Shown: positions 8,199-18,600 of the stretch, piece after piece
Layout of the letters: each line of letters starts with the position of its first letter
Numbering within the stretch: position 1 is the first letter of the stretch
DNA from: an uncultured euryarchaeote
Lineage (GTDB): Archaea; Thermoplasmatota; Poseidoniia; Poseidoniales; Poseidoniaceae
Assembly (NCBI GenBank): GCA_937899865.1
Contig: CALBRH010000044.1
Span: 64,001 to 128,000 of the forward strand
Length of the DNA stretch: 64,000 nucleotides
Reading direction: 5' to 3'
Translations under genes and position numbers: made by a program
Notes under the pieces: generated by a model
Databases searched by the model: none
What the model saw: the letters and a program-made list of their open reading frames with translations, nothing else
Told to the model about the DNA's origin: nothing

Positions 8199-9500
8199 AT
8201 GAGTGGACTATTAGACAAAGCAAAGACTGCCTCATCATCTGAAGAAAAGGCTACTAAAGCGGACACTAAAGAAGCAAAACAAGCCAGTAGTGCTGGCTTA
8301 CTGACAAAGGCAGATTCTAAGCCACAAAAAAAGCAAGCAGCAAAATCTGATTCATCACCGCCAAAAACCCAAGCATCAAAGCCAGGCGCAGCAGAAGATG
8401 GCCCTGACATTCCAATGATACTCAATCTCGCTGGTTGGGTAATTATTGTTCTTGGAGCAATCTTTTCACTTCAAGGTGGGGGTTTTGGCCTCATTGTAGT
8501 CCTAATTGTTTTGGCACTGGGTATTGGTTCAATTGTTCAATCTCAGAAAATGACAGGTGGTATTTCACCGTTGAAGACAGGGTTATCAGTTGCTTTAGCA
8601 TTTGTAATAGCAGTTGGCCCGTATGCAGCAATTATGATCGTACCTACCAATGCATCAATGGCAGTTACAGAAGTTAGTATTGATGAAGATGAAGATGTAA
8701 TTTCATTTGTTGTAAGAGGTAGTTTCTCTGAGGCAGATGCTAAGATTTTTGCTGATTCAACCGAAGTATGGTCAGGAAGTAAATCAATGAGCAACGATAG
8801 AGCAAGTTTTGATGTTCCAATTGCCACTATTTTCCAAGGTAATTCTCTAGACTACACAGCAAATGTTGTCAAAGAGTATACTATTGAAGTTGAATCTTCA
8901 GATGGGCAGAAAATTACTACTGATATCGATCCTGACTTTACTACCAGAGAGGTTTTGGATTCTGCAACTAGGATAACTAAGGTTTCCAAGACCTCGACCA
9001 GTAGTAACGGAGGTACAACAACGACTTCCACTGTAACAGATGGAATTACTATCGAAGCAATAGTTGGCTTATTCTCACCTAGTGAAAGTGCACAAGATGA
9101 TGGTGGACACAGTTTAGAAAACTTAGGACTGATCCCAGTCACTTCAGATTATACTTTCAAAATGACCGTCAAAAAGGGTAGCAGTACTGAATACATTATG
9201 CCTACTGTAACCGTAAGTGGTTTAGATGCATCTTGGACAGGTACTTTCTCAGGAGGCACACAAACTGGTAAGGCCAATGGATGGCTTGGAATGCCAGGTA
9301 CTGCACAAAATGACTTGGGTACTGAATATTTACAAAAGGATGATTTCTATGATGGTTCAGGATGTTATTCCTTTGAGATAGAGATCACAAATCAGTATTA
9401 TGCTGGCGATTCTGCTACAATCTATACCTCAACTAACAGCTGGGAATTAGATTGGCATTCTGAAGACTCTACTCAAGATGGCGAGATGACAACTTGTTAA
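8199..9500 (+). CDS. Hypothetical membrane protein: K/A/S-rich disordered N-terminus, 3-4 TM, beta-rich extracellular domain
   Basis: 433-aa ORF. Hydrophobic block at about aa 72-150, followed by a Ser/Thr/acidic beta-rich region. Confidence 0.75.
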   Translation: MSGLLDKAKTASSSEEKATKADTKEAKQASSAGLLTKADSKPQKKQAAKSDSSPPKTQASKPGAAEDGPDIPMILNLAGWVIIVLGAIFSLQGGGFGLIVVLIVLALGIGSIVQSQKMTGGISPLKTGLSVALAFVIAVGPYAAIMIVPTNASMAVTEVSIDEDEDVISFVVRGSFSEADAKIFADSTEVWSGSKSMSNDRASFDVPIATIFQGNSLDYTANVVKEYTIEVESSDGQKITTDIDPDFTTREVLDSATRITKVSKTSTSSNGGTTTTSTVTDGITIEAIVGLFSPSESAQDDGGHSLENLGLIPVTSDYTFKMTVKKGSSTEYIMPTVTVSGLDASWTGTFSGGTQTGKANGWLGMPGTAQNDLGTEYLQKDDFYDGSGCYSFEIEITNQYYAGDSATIYTSTNSWELDWHSEDSTQDGEMTTC

Positions 9501-9617
9501 GCAGATAAGTTCGCAAAGAATCTTTGATTTGCAACGGTCTTGAATTGTGTTAGATGCAATTTTAACAAAATATAACTTTACGGGATTTTTTAAATACCTA
9601 AGTATTATGTAACTACT

Positions 9618-11549
9618 ATGCAGAAGAATAGTTTGATTGCGATATTTCTTATTATTATAATGGCTTTAAGCACTACATTATCACCCGTCGACCAACTTGA
9701 ATCGAATGATGTCCAAGGTGTTGAAGGAAGACAAAATACCCCTTTAATAACTAACTTCACACAATTCAATCAAGACCTACAAGATCTAAATGATCGTTGG
9801 TCTCTTCAAGGTGGATTACAAGCGGCAGTTTTTCATAATGGGAGTTTAGTTTATGCTAATTCATTTGGAAATGCAGTCTCAGATAATACCGGGCAGATTT
9901 TGATGCAAAATCACCATCAAATGAGAATTGCAAGTCTATCAAAGGCAATTACTGCAGCAGCAATTCAAACCTTAGTAGTTAGTGGTGATATTACATTAAA
10001 TGATAAAATGATTGATTTACTTCCAGAAGAACAATTGCCAGGTACGTTAGAAGGGTGTGAATATCCGCAACATTCAGATCAATACTTAGATGCAGGCCCA
10101 GATAATATTGAGGGTAATGATAATGATGTTTATTGGGGCATTCATAATATTACTGTGTCTCATTTGATAAACATGAGAAATGGAATAGGTCTCACACCAA
10201 CAAATACAACAAATTGGCACTATGCTAACCACTGGGTGGATGATAGTACTTCTTGGGATGGGGCAAATAATGCTTGTATTGACCACGAATCAGTCGCAGA
10301 AGAATATGATAATGGATTTCTTGCACCTGTAAAAATTGAAACCACTATTAGAGAAACTCTTAGATTACCAATGAGTTCAATTCCTGGTACAGAACATGTA
10401 TATTCAAATATAGGTTACAGAATATTAGGTGAAATAATAGAAGAGGCATCAGGTCTTGAATATGAGGATTATGTTAAGCAATATGTTCTTGAACCAATGG
10501 GAATAAATAATTTACAACTAGGTAAATCATTACTTGCTGATAAGGCTGAAGATGAAGTGATATATTATGATAGATTTGGAACAACAAGTGTCAGTTTCTT
10601 TCCATTAAATACTAATGATGGTTCTAATGAAGTAGTAGATTTTGGAGATTCAAGTTCTACGCCCAAACCATATGGTGGTCGTGCGCCAATGGAAGAATTG
10701 GCAGCTAGTGGAGGTTGGATTGCCAATGCAATTAGTTATGGCCGTTTTATTTCTTATTTAGATGGCACTTTACACCATCCTAATTTTGATGATTCTTTCA
10801 ATTTTACAATTAATAATCCATTTTTTACATCTACAAGTGGAGCTCCTTATGGTGCTGGAATATATGTTAATTTGAATGATAATTCTAACGGTGAAACTTG
10901 GTGGCATACCGGTTCTTTACCAAGTTTTACTTCGACTAAGTTTGACCGCAAATTAGTACATGATGAGCCAGTAGTAGTTGTTTTATTGACTAATTCAGCA
11001 CCGGGAAGTGATCAAGAAATAACCGTAAACGGTCAAAATCTTGAATGGTGGGAAGATAGAAGGAATGTAATGCAAACTGCATTTACAACAATAGATTATC
11101 AAAACTTAGACACTGGCAGAGATTCCGATAGGCCATTGGTTTATGACGAATCATCACCATGTCCTCCTGGAACCTCTGAACAAGGTTCAGGAGCACATAT
11201 AATTCTCTTTGGACCTCCACAAATGAAGTGCTATTACATTGATCAAATGGGTAAAAAAGGTCCTGTTTTTGATGAAGAAAAAGGATGGCAAAAATGTCCA
11301 GAAGGCACATCTACATCTGGTGTTGGTGATCCAAATTTCTATCTCTGGAACGAAGGCGGAGGTTACATAATTTGTTATCTAGATGAAGAACTTCATCCAG
11401 AAGAAGAGCCTTGTCCTGAAGGAGAAGTGCTCAATGATGATAACCGGTGCGTCAAAGAGAGTCGAGCAATCAATTCAGTAGGTGCAGTTTGGACTATTGT
11501 TTGTATTCTATGGGCAGTCCTCATGAGTAGAAGATATCGGATAAATTAG
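9618..11549 (+). CDS. Secreted, C-terminally anchored serine hydrolase of the beta-lactamase class C / penicillin-binding-protein-like fold
   Basis: Signal peptide; RIASLSKAIT (SxxK), YSNIGYRILG (YxN), WWHTGS (HTG); Cys-rich C-terminal modules; TM plus basic tail (VWTIVCILWAVLMSRRYR). Confidence 0.88.
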   Translation: MQKNSLIAIFLIIIMALSTTLSPVDQLESNDVQGVEGRQNTPLITNFTQFNQDLQDLNDRWSLQGGLQAAVFHNGSLVYANSFGNAVSDNTGQILMQNHHQMRIASLSKAITAAAIQTLVVSGDITLNDKMIDLLPEEQLPGTLEGCEYPQHSDQYLDAGPDNIEGNDNDVYWGIHNITVSHLINMRNGIGLTPTNTTNWHYANHWVDDSTSWDGANNACIDHESVAEEYDNGFLAPVKIETTIRETLRLPMSSIPGTEHVYSNIGYRILGEIIEEASGLEYEDYVKQYVLEPMGINNLQLGKSLLADKAEDEVIYYDRFGTTSVSFFPLNTNDGSNEVVDFGDSSSTPKPYGGRAPMEELAASGGWIANAISYGRFISYLDGTLHHPNFDDSFNFTINNPFFTSTSGAPYGAGIYVNLNDNSNGETWWHTGSLPSFTSTKFDRKLVHDEPVVVVLLTNSAPGSDQEITVNGQNLEWWEDRRNVMQTAFTTIDYQNLDTGRDSDRPLVYDESSPCPPGTSEQGSGAHIILFGPPQMKCYYIDQMGKKGPVFDEEKGWQKCPEGTSTSGVGDPNFYLWNEGGGYIICYLDEELHPEEEPCPEGEVLNDDNRCVKESRAINSVGAVWTIVCILWAVLMSRRYRIN

Positions 11550-11611
11550 ATTCATAGATAATCAAATTGAACAGGTATTGCAAGGATTCTATATTGAATC
11601 TATACTAATTA

Positions 11612-13360
11612 CTATTCAGTATTTTCTTCATTTGAATCAGCAGATTCGATTGATTCCTCTATTGCTTCATTATCATAATCCTTCTCTTCTTCAACTGCGG
11701 TGATTTTCTTTGCAGATACTCTGGTGAAGATTATTGTAGCAATAACGATTACAATTACAATTGCCGCATAAAGTATTATTGGTGCATCATCTCTATCTTC
11801 TGCATCTTTAAATGATACTTGTTCTGATTCTGTTCCCGATGAAGAAGTTAAATCATCAGCTAATGAGTTGAAAAATGATGGAACAGATGCTTTACAGTTG
11901 AGTGATTTGGCTCCGGAGGCATTGGCGTACCATACAGCAGGAACATCTTTGGTTTGACCTGCTTCAAGACTGACAAATATTGTTGCCATATCAGCTTCGT
12001 CTACCCCCTCAAAGCATCTAATATTTGTCGCAACATCTACAGTTCCGGTATTAGAAACAGTTAGCATGACGCCAAGTCCTTTGTCAACAGTACCTTGATT
12101 ATCCTCAGGTACTACTTTGTCAACCACTACAAATGGTAATTCTACATTTGCAGTATAGGTGGGAGTTGTAGGTGCAGGGTCGAGAGTAATTGAATAATCG
12201 CTATTCCAAACACTTGTACCGCCATTAAGGGTAATCATAATCATTCCATCTTCTTGATGAAGAGTTCCTGAACTATCGACCCATTCTGTCATTCTGAGGT
12301 ACTTGCTAATCTCAGGATTATTGTTTAGGCCAAGATCTATTGCACCATTATCATCAAGAATCAAATCACCATCGCTTCCTAGATATCCTAATCCTTCATA
12401 ATGTACGGTAGATGGTGCATCTTTGAGGTTGGTATTGATTACTCTTTGAGAAAGTAACCTAATCCACATGTCTGTTGGACCACCAGTTCCTGTCATGGAA
12501 TTAGTATCGTAGTCAATCATTGCTGTATCATGAACGATAATGTCTTCATAGGTTCTACTGCCATTGATTATGCTTGTTTCCATAGCAAGCATAGCACCGT
12601 CATTAACATTGATTGGAGCGCTCCATGAAAGAGTACTATTTTCAAAGGAACAAGAGCCACTACAGGATATGTCTGCACCAGAAATCGTTCCACCGATTGA
12701 ATTCAATTCACCTTCTACATTAATTGTAAAAGCAGCCCCAGTTTCTTCAGTTTTTAGCACACCATTGCTGTGGATCCATTCATCAGCATCAAGTGTATAG
12801 ATTACTCCATTGCTGTCAAAAGCTTGGATAGAATCAATCCATACTGGGAAAAGCCAAAAACCGCTAAAATTAACATCGATTGCAGCGTCTTGAAATTCCA
12901 CACTATAGTCGATATAATCTTCACCAGTCCAGGTAATGTTTGTTCCTCCAACTGACACATTTACTTCCATTGAACTAAAGTATTCCTTCGCCATATTGAT
13001 TCTCATGGTTCCTGTATCAGTAAGTCCGTTGAAGTAAGGTTGAATTGTTGTTCCATTGTAAACTTCCATGAAAAGTTCATTTGTTAAATCAGCAGAATTT
13101 AGTTCACTATTCAATACAAGATTGCCCCCCTCTTGGATTGTAATAGTACTACCAGTTTCAACACTGATGATACCATCTATTGTTAATACTCCTCCATCTG
13201 ATATGATTACATCACCATCTAATGAAGCATCACTAGACCATGTTTCAGAGTTGGTGATTGTTTGAGTTGAGCCATCATTTTGTGCCTCGGCTAAGGCAGC
13301 AGGGCTCAAAAGAACAGTTGTAATCATCATCAATGCAACTAATGTGGTATTCACACGCAT
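11612..13360 (-). CDS. Secreted membrane-anchored protein with beta-helix-like N-terminus and CARDB-like C-terminal domain
   Basis: Signal peptide; GDVIISDGGVLTIDG-type repeats; VMLTVSNTGTVDVATNIRC..VSLEAGQTKDV (CARDB-like); C-terminal TM with acidic tail. Confidence 0.7.
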   Translation of the reverse strand: MRVNTTLVALMMITTVLLSPAALAEAQNDGSTQTITNSETWSSDASLDGDVIISDGGVLTIDGIISVETGSTITIQEGGNLVLNSELNSADLTNELFMEVYNGTTIQPYFNGLTDTGTMRINMAKEYFSSMEVNVSVGGTNITWTGEDYIDYSVEFQDAAIDVNFSGFWLFPVWIDSIQAFDSNGVIYTLDADEWIHSNGVLKTEETGAAFTINVEGELNSIGGTISGADISCSGSCSFENSTLSWSAPINVNDGAMLAMETSIINGSRTYEDIIVHDTAMIDYDTNSMTGTGGPTDMWIRLLSQRVINTNLKDAPSTVHYEGLGYLGSDGDLILDDNGAIDLGLNNNPEISKYLRMTEWVDSSGTLHQEDGMIMITLNGGTSVWNSDYSITLDPAPTTPTYTANVELPFVVVDKVVPEDNQGTVDKGLGVMLTVSNTGTVDVATNIRCFEGVDEADMATIFVSLEAGQTKDVPAVWYANASGAKSLNCKASVPSFFNSLADDLTSSSGTESEQVSFKDAEDRDDAPIILYAAIVIVIVIATIIFTRVSAKKITAVEEEKDYDNEAIEESIESADSNEENTE

Positions 13361-13421
13361 AGTTTAGACTCAAGCAAGTCATTCAAGAAACCTTTGCCGA
13401 ATTTACTTACAATGGTAGCGA

Positions 13422-14099
13422 TTAGTAAGGCACGTCTTTCCAACCAATATAGTATCCAATGAGATTAAATGACCGATGAAGAATTGGTGTGATTATTATC
13501 ATAATTATCATTGGAACAATAAGCTCGCTTTGTGATAACAATGAATCGCCTAAGAATAATTGGCCCCATAAGAACACCATGATGGCGAATGGTAATGTGT
13601 CTAATAGTGGTGCTTTGGATGAAATCTCTCCTTCTCTTTTCAGGCCTCTTCGGCGCTTGAAAAATGATCCCGTACTGTCGCCAACTAAACAAGCAAATCC
13701 GAGGAAAGTCCCTAAAACAAACGCCGATAAATTGGCTGAACCAAAATCAAACCATGTCCCTTCATATCCAGTTAAGGGATGAGCAAAGATACCAGATTCA
13801 ACAGTTTCCGAAGTCGGTGCATCACCCATTGATGCAACGATTATCACACACAATATTCCGGATGTAATTGAGCCTCCAATAAGCCCATTCCAGGTTTTCC
13901 CATCACCAAGAATCCGATTTCCATCTTTCCAATTTCTACCACCGTCAATAGGCCATGGCCCATAACCGGTTTTTGGTAACCATTTGCCCCACATCATGGC
14001 AAATGTATTTGCTAAAAATCCTGGGAGATATAGCCATAGAGTCATTATGCTTAATGATAAAATTCCTAAGTCAAGTGCTACATCATTGACTGTTTGCAT
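13422..14099 (-). CDS. carS: CDP-archaeol synthase (CDP-2,3-bis-O-geranylgeranyl-sn-glycerol synthase)
   Basis: PGFLAN, PIDGGRNWKDGNRILGDGKTWNG, GDSTGSFFKRRRG and APLLD motifs; multi-TM, 225 aa. Confidence 0.9.
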   Translation of the reverse strand: MQTVNDVALDLGILSLSIMTLWLYLPGFLANTFAMMWGKWLPKTGYGPWPIDGGRNWKDGNRILGDGKTWNGLIGGSITSGILCVIIVASMGDAPTSETVESGIFAHPLTGYEGTWFDFGSANLSAFVLGTFLGFACLVGDSTGSFFKRRRGLKREGEISSKAPLLDTLPFAIMVFLWGQLFLGDSLLSQSELIVPMIIMIIITPILHRSFNLIGYYIGWKDVPY

Positions 14100-14194
14100 G
14101 ATGTGGCGTTTAATTGAAGGCCTTTAACATTTGACGGAATTGATAGTTTATTTTGGTAAAATAGATTATCAATCGTTTGCATCAACACTATGTT

Positions 14195-15466
14195 ATGGGC
14201 GACAGAAAAGTCTTGGTTATTGGGGGTGGCGGAAGAGAACATGCTCTATGTTTAGGGCTGCATAACTCTGCTCAGGTTTCAGAAATATATTGTAGTCCAG
14301 GCAATGCAGGAACGAAGATGTTGGCTAAGAATGTCGACTTAAGCAATAACGATAATTCAACAATTGTTGAATTTTGTCAAGATAATTCGATTGATTTGGT
14401 AGTTGTCGGGCCTGAAGCTCCTCTTTGCAATTCTTTAGCAGATGTATTGGCTGAAGAAAAAATTCCATGTTTTGGGCCAATTGGATTGTTAGCAAACTTG
14501 GAAGGCTCTAAGTTGCACGCTAAAGAGATCATGCAATTAGTCGGTGTTCCTACCGCAGGCTTTCAGATACTCGATTCGGATTCTGATATTGAATCAGCAC
14601 TTGACAAATATTCTGCTAATCCTTGGGTCATTAAAAGAGATGTTTTAGCCGGTGGCAAAGGAGTAGTTGTAACCAGTGATTTTTCCGAAGCAAAAGAGTT
14701 CATAATTAATTCAATAAATTCCGATGGCAAGGTTTTGCTTGAGGAATTTCTTCCAGGTGAAGAAGCCAGTATGTTGGTAGTGATGGATGGTTCTGACTTT
14801 GTTTGTCTTCCAGCGAGCCAAGACCATAAACGTGCATATGACGGAGATGAAGGGCCCAATACTGGTGGGATGGGTGCTTATTGTCCAGCTCCGGTTATTA
14901 CTGATGTGATACATGAGAGAGTAGTTTCTAGAATTGTAAAGCCAATGTTTGACTATTTATCAAATCTTGACACACCGTACCGTGGTGTGCTTTATGTTGG
15001 GCTAATGATTACTGAAAATGGTGATCCAAATATAGTAGAATTCAATGTTAGATTTGGCGACCCAGAATGCCAAATCACGCTACCACTTATCAAAACTGAT
15101 TTGTTTGATGTCTTGTTTCATGCATCGATTGACAGGCTTGCGGATTTAGATGTTGAATTTCATAATGCCCATGCATTAACGGTAGTTTTAGCGTCAGAAG
15201 GATATCCAAGTAAGCCAATCAAGGGAAGAAAAATATCCGGACTAAATTTGGAAATACCCAAATTAAACATGGGAGACAGTTGGGTTAATTTTGCAGGAGT
15301 AAAACAAGAAGGTCAAGACTATTTCTCAAGTGGTGGTAGAGTGCTTTCCTGCAGCGCTATTGCAAGTTCATTGAGCGAAGCAGCTGAATTATCTTATCAA
15401 TTGATGAACTCAATAACACTTGAAGGTAGTCATTATCGATTAGATATTGGAGGAAAAGCACTATGA
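14195..15466 (+). CDS. purD: Phosphoribosylamine-glycine ligase
   Basis: KVLVIGGGGREHAL, VVVGPEAPL, LEGSK, GGKGV, SQDHKRAYDGDEGPNTGGMGAY, EFNVRFGDPE, GGRVL. ATG 14195 is the more likely start than 14177. Confidence 0.97.
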   Translation: MGDRKVLVIGGGGREHALCLGLHNSAQVSEIYCSPGNAGTKMLAKNVDLSNNDNSTIVEFCQDNSIDLVVVGPEAPLCNSLADVLAEEKIPCFGPIGLLANLEGSKLHAKEIMQLVGVPTAGFQILDSDSDIESALDKYSANPWVIKRDVLAGGKGVVVTSDFSEAKEFIINSINSDGKVLLEEFLPGEEASMLVVMDGSDFVCLPASQDHKRAYDGDEGPNTGGMGAYCPAPVITDVIHERVVSRIVKPMFDYLSNLDTPYRGVLYVGLMITENGDPNIVEFNVRFGDPECQITLPLIKTDLFDVLFHASIDRLADLDVEFHNAHALTVVLASEGYPSKPIKGRKISGLNLEIPKLNMGDSWVNFAGVKQEGQDYFSSGGRVLSCSAIASSLSEAAELSYQLMNSITLEGSHYRLDIGGKAL

Positions 15467-15610
15467 TTTTTTCTCTCATCATTTAATGTCTAAAACGCTT
15501 ACTGCGGGAATATGAGCAATAGTAATGTGCGTCACTATTAAAAGAGGTTCTAAAGTGGCCAACTTGCTCCAGCCTTTAGGCTGTCGCTAAACACCGATGA
15601 GGGAAAAAAA

Positions 15611-18600
15611 ATGGAAGAGAAAACAACAACATTGCGAAACTCTCCAGCACCAATGCTAGGGTGGCTAATTGCTCCACTAGCAGTAATGCTGGCAATCGCT
15701 GCAATAATGGTCGGAGGAATTGACTTCGACTTAGATATGAACAACATGTCACCTCTGCTAATAGTTGCAGTAGGTGCAATCTTGGGTATAACTCCTAGAG
15801 TACTCAAGGACAATGGTGCTGTTAAAATCTCTTCCTCAGCACTTTCCCTTGCTACATTGGGTGTTGCCATGGTAGGGCATCAAGCAATAGTACACTTGAC
15901 AGATGAAGGTGCTTTTACTGCTCTACAATTCTTAGTGGCCGCCTTTGGTGTGTACTTTTTTGATTCTCGTGGAAGACATGAAATTGCTACCTTGCTGACC
16001 TTTGGCTTGATTGGAATCAATGTCGGTATGATTGTTGCAGGTTCATACAACAGTGAACTTGACACAATATACACAATGCCTGATGAATCATTGATGGATA
16101 CCTTAAATCTTCAAAGACAAGCACTTGGTTATGTATTCTTTAGTTATCTAACAATTTTCATAGCGCTTGGTCTACTAGTTGCCGTTCTTTCAAGAGGGGT
16201 AATAAATCCTGAAGGTAAAGAAGGATGGTTCTCCAAGATTTCATCGCATGATGGAGGCTATAATAAGGCAACAATGCCATTGCAAATAGCTACACTGGTA
16301 TGGATTTTAGCCCATGTTGGTAGTTTATATCACTTTGATTCAGTGTCAATGGCTGACAAACTTGGCCTTACTATGGTTGATGATTATAGTGGGCACTTTG
16401 GATTCTGGGGTGCATTCTTCACAGGAATAATGGCAATGATTGTAGCAGGAATGTTTGCTGAAAAGTGGTATACTAGATCAATGTTTTTCGGTTCTATGTG
16501 GCTTCTATACCTAGTATCTTCTTGGTATGAGGTAGGATTTTGGGAATCTGAACAACTTGAAGGCACATGGGGTGCTTTGATATGGCTTGGTTTTACCTTC
16601 TTTATCTGTGTTGGAATCTATATGATTTCAACACATGAAAAGTATGGTGGATGGGCTAATCTTGATGAATATGAAGCGAGTGGGGCAAGAAAGTTCTGGA
16701 ACGCACATTGGGCAAGTCTAATGGTAGGAGCAGCATTCTTCTTTGGATTAGTAATCAGAGTTCAGTGGTACTTGATTCCTTCAATGAATGCATTTGGAAC
16801 AGGTAATTGGGATATGACTGGGGGTTCTGACCCTTGGTATATGAAGAGAGTTGTAGACTATATTCTTGCAAATAACGCACACTTCATTTTTGATGCAGAC
16901 AGGTCATATCCACTTGGCGGTGTTAACCCTCGTCCACCATTGTTTACTTGGTCAATAGCGCTTGTAACAATGGCTTTGGAGCCAATGCTTGGTCCCGATG
17001 CTGTTTGGATTGCCATCTTAGGTCTACCAGCAATTTACGGTGCACTTACTATTTTCCCTATTGCAACAATAGCTAAGGATAATTTTGGTAAGTCAACAGG
17101 AGTTGTTGCTGCATGGCTAATCGCTTTCATGCCTGCACACGTTTCCCACTCCACTTGGGGTCTAGCAGACCACGATGCTTTCGTAATGCTGTTCATTTCT
17201 ATGGGATTCATGTTTTGGTTCAAAGCCATAAAGAATTCTGGAAACGAGAGACTTACCAAGACTTCATCTCCAAGAATTGCTGAGATTTTGAAGTCTTTTT
17301 CAGTAGTTGCCAGTGAGAAGAGATCATCAATGGCATTTGCTGTTCTAGCAGGTGTATCATTTGGTGTTGCATCTCTTGCTTGGAAAGGTTTCGTAGTCGG
17401 CCCAAGCATCTTGTTCTTGGCTTATTTTGTTCAAGTCGCACTTAATATGTTTAGAAGGAAAGATTCAACCACACTAAACGCATTGTTCCTTGCTATGTTA
17501 ATATCAAATTTATTAATGGCAATCCCATTCTATGGACATCCACAAATGGCTTTAATCCTTGATGGTACTGGACTACAACCGTTCTTATTCGTCCTTGGAT
17601 TTACCTTGGCAATATCATATGTTACTACAGGATTCCGTGACAAACCATGGTTATTGGTTCTCGGAACATTATTTGTCGCAGCAACTGTTTTCTTCATCAT
17701 TTTGTTTGTATTGAAACAATTAGAAATCAGCAATGCTTGGGATGTTTTGTTTACTGGTAGTGGTTATTTCACTAAGACAAAGATATTCAGTACTGTTGCT
17801 GAGGCAAATGCGCCTGACAGAGGCCAGTTATTCGCTCAACTTGGGCCAATTGTATTAGTTCTAGCATTAACCATGGGATTCTATTCTATGTGGTCTACAT
17901 TTAGAAATAAAAATCAATCACATTTATTCTTTGGAATTTGGATTTTTGCTGCAACTTACATGTCTTGGACTGCTGCTAGATTTATGTTTAACGCAACCCC
18001 TGCAGTTGCCGTACTTGGTGCGTGGGGAATCGTTGCATTGTGGGATAAAGCAAATTGGCAAGGTTTGGTTCGCACATGGAAGAAATTTGGTGTAAGGACT
18101 CCTGCTGATAGAATTACTGGAGCTAGGAAAGCCGTTTGGCGAACACCATCGTTTTCTGCGATTTTGTTAATTATTCTACTTGTTGGTGGCCAGCAATTCA
18201 CCTATGGATTGGATTCTGCAATTCCGGGTACAGATTCATCAGAAGATGATTTAGATGAGACTATTTACAACATTATCCCAGATGCTTTAAGATGGGAATT
18301 GGCAGGTTTTTCAATTCTTGATAGTAGCGCATATTCTGGAAATTGGTATCTAGGTTCATTTGGTTCATCATTCAATGATCCTGGCTGGAATAGGGCTTAT
18401 GATTGGATGGCTCAACAAGATTCTCAGATGCATTTTTCCGAAAGGCCAGCTTTTGTATCTTGGTGGGATTATGGTTTCCAAGCATTGGATTCAGGTGAAC
18501 ATCCATCTGTTTCAGACAACTTCCAATCTGGAATCCCTGCAGCTGGAAATATGCTTCTTGCAAGGTCTCAAACTGATTTAGTGTCGATGTTTATTTGGCA

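Noticed and set aside
9618-11549. Antibiotic-resistance beta-lactamase
   Set aside because: The fold is shared with many peptidases and esterases. The host is an archaeon without a beta-lactam target, and the protein is membrane-anchored with extra modules.
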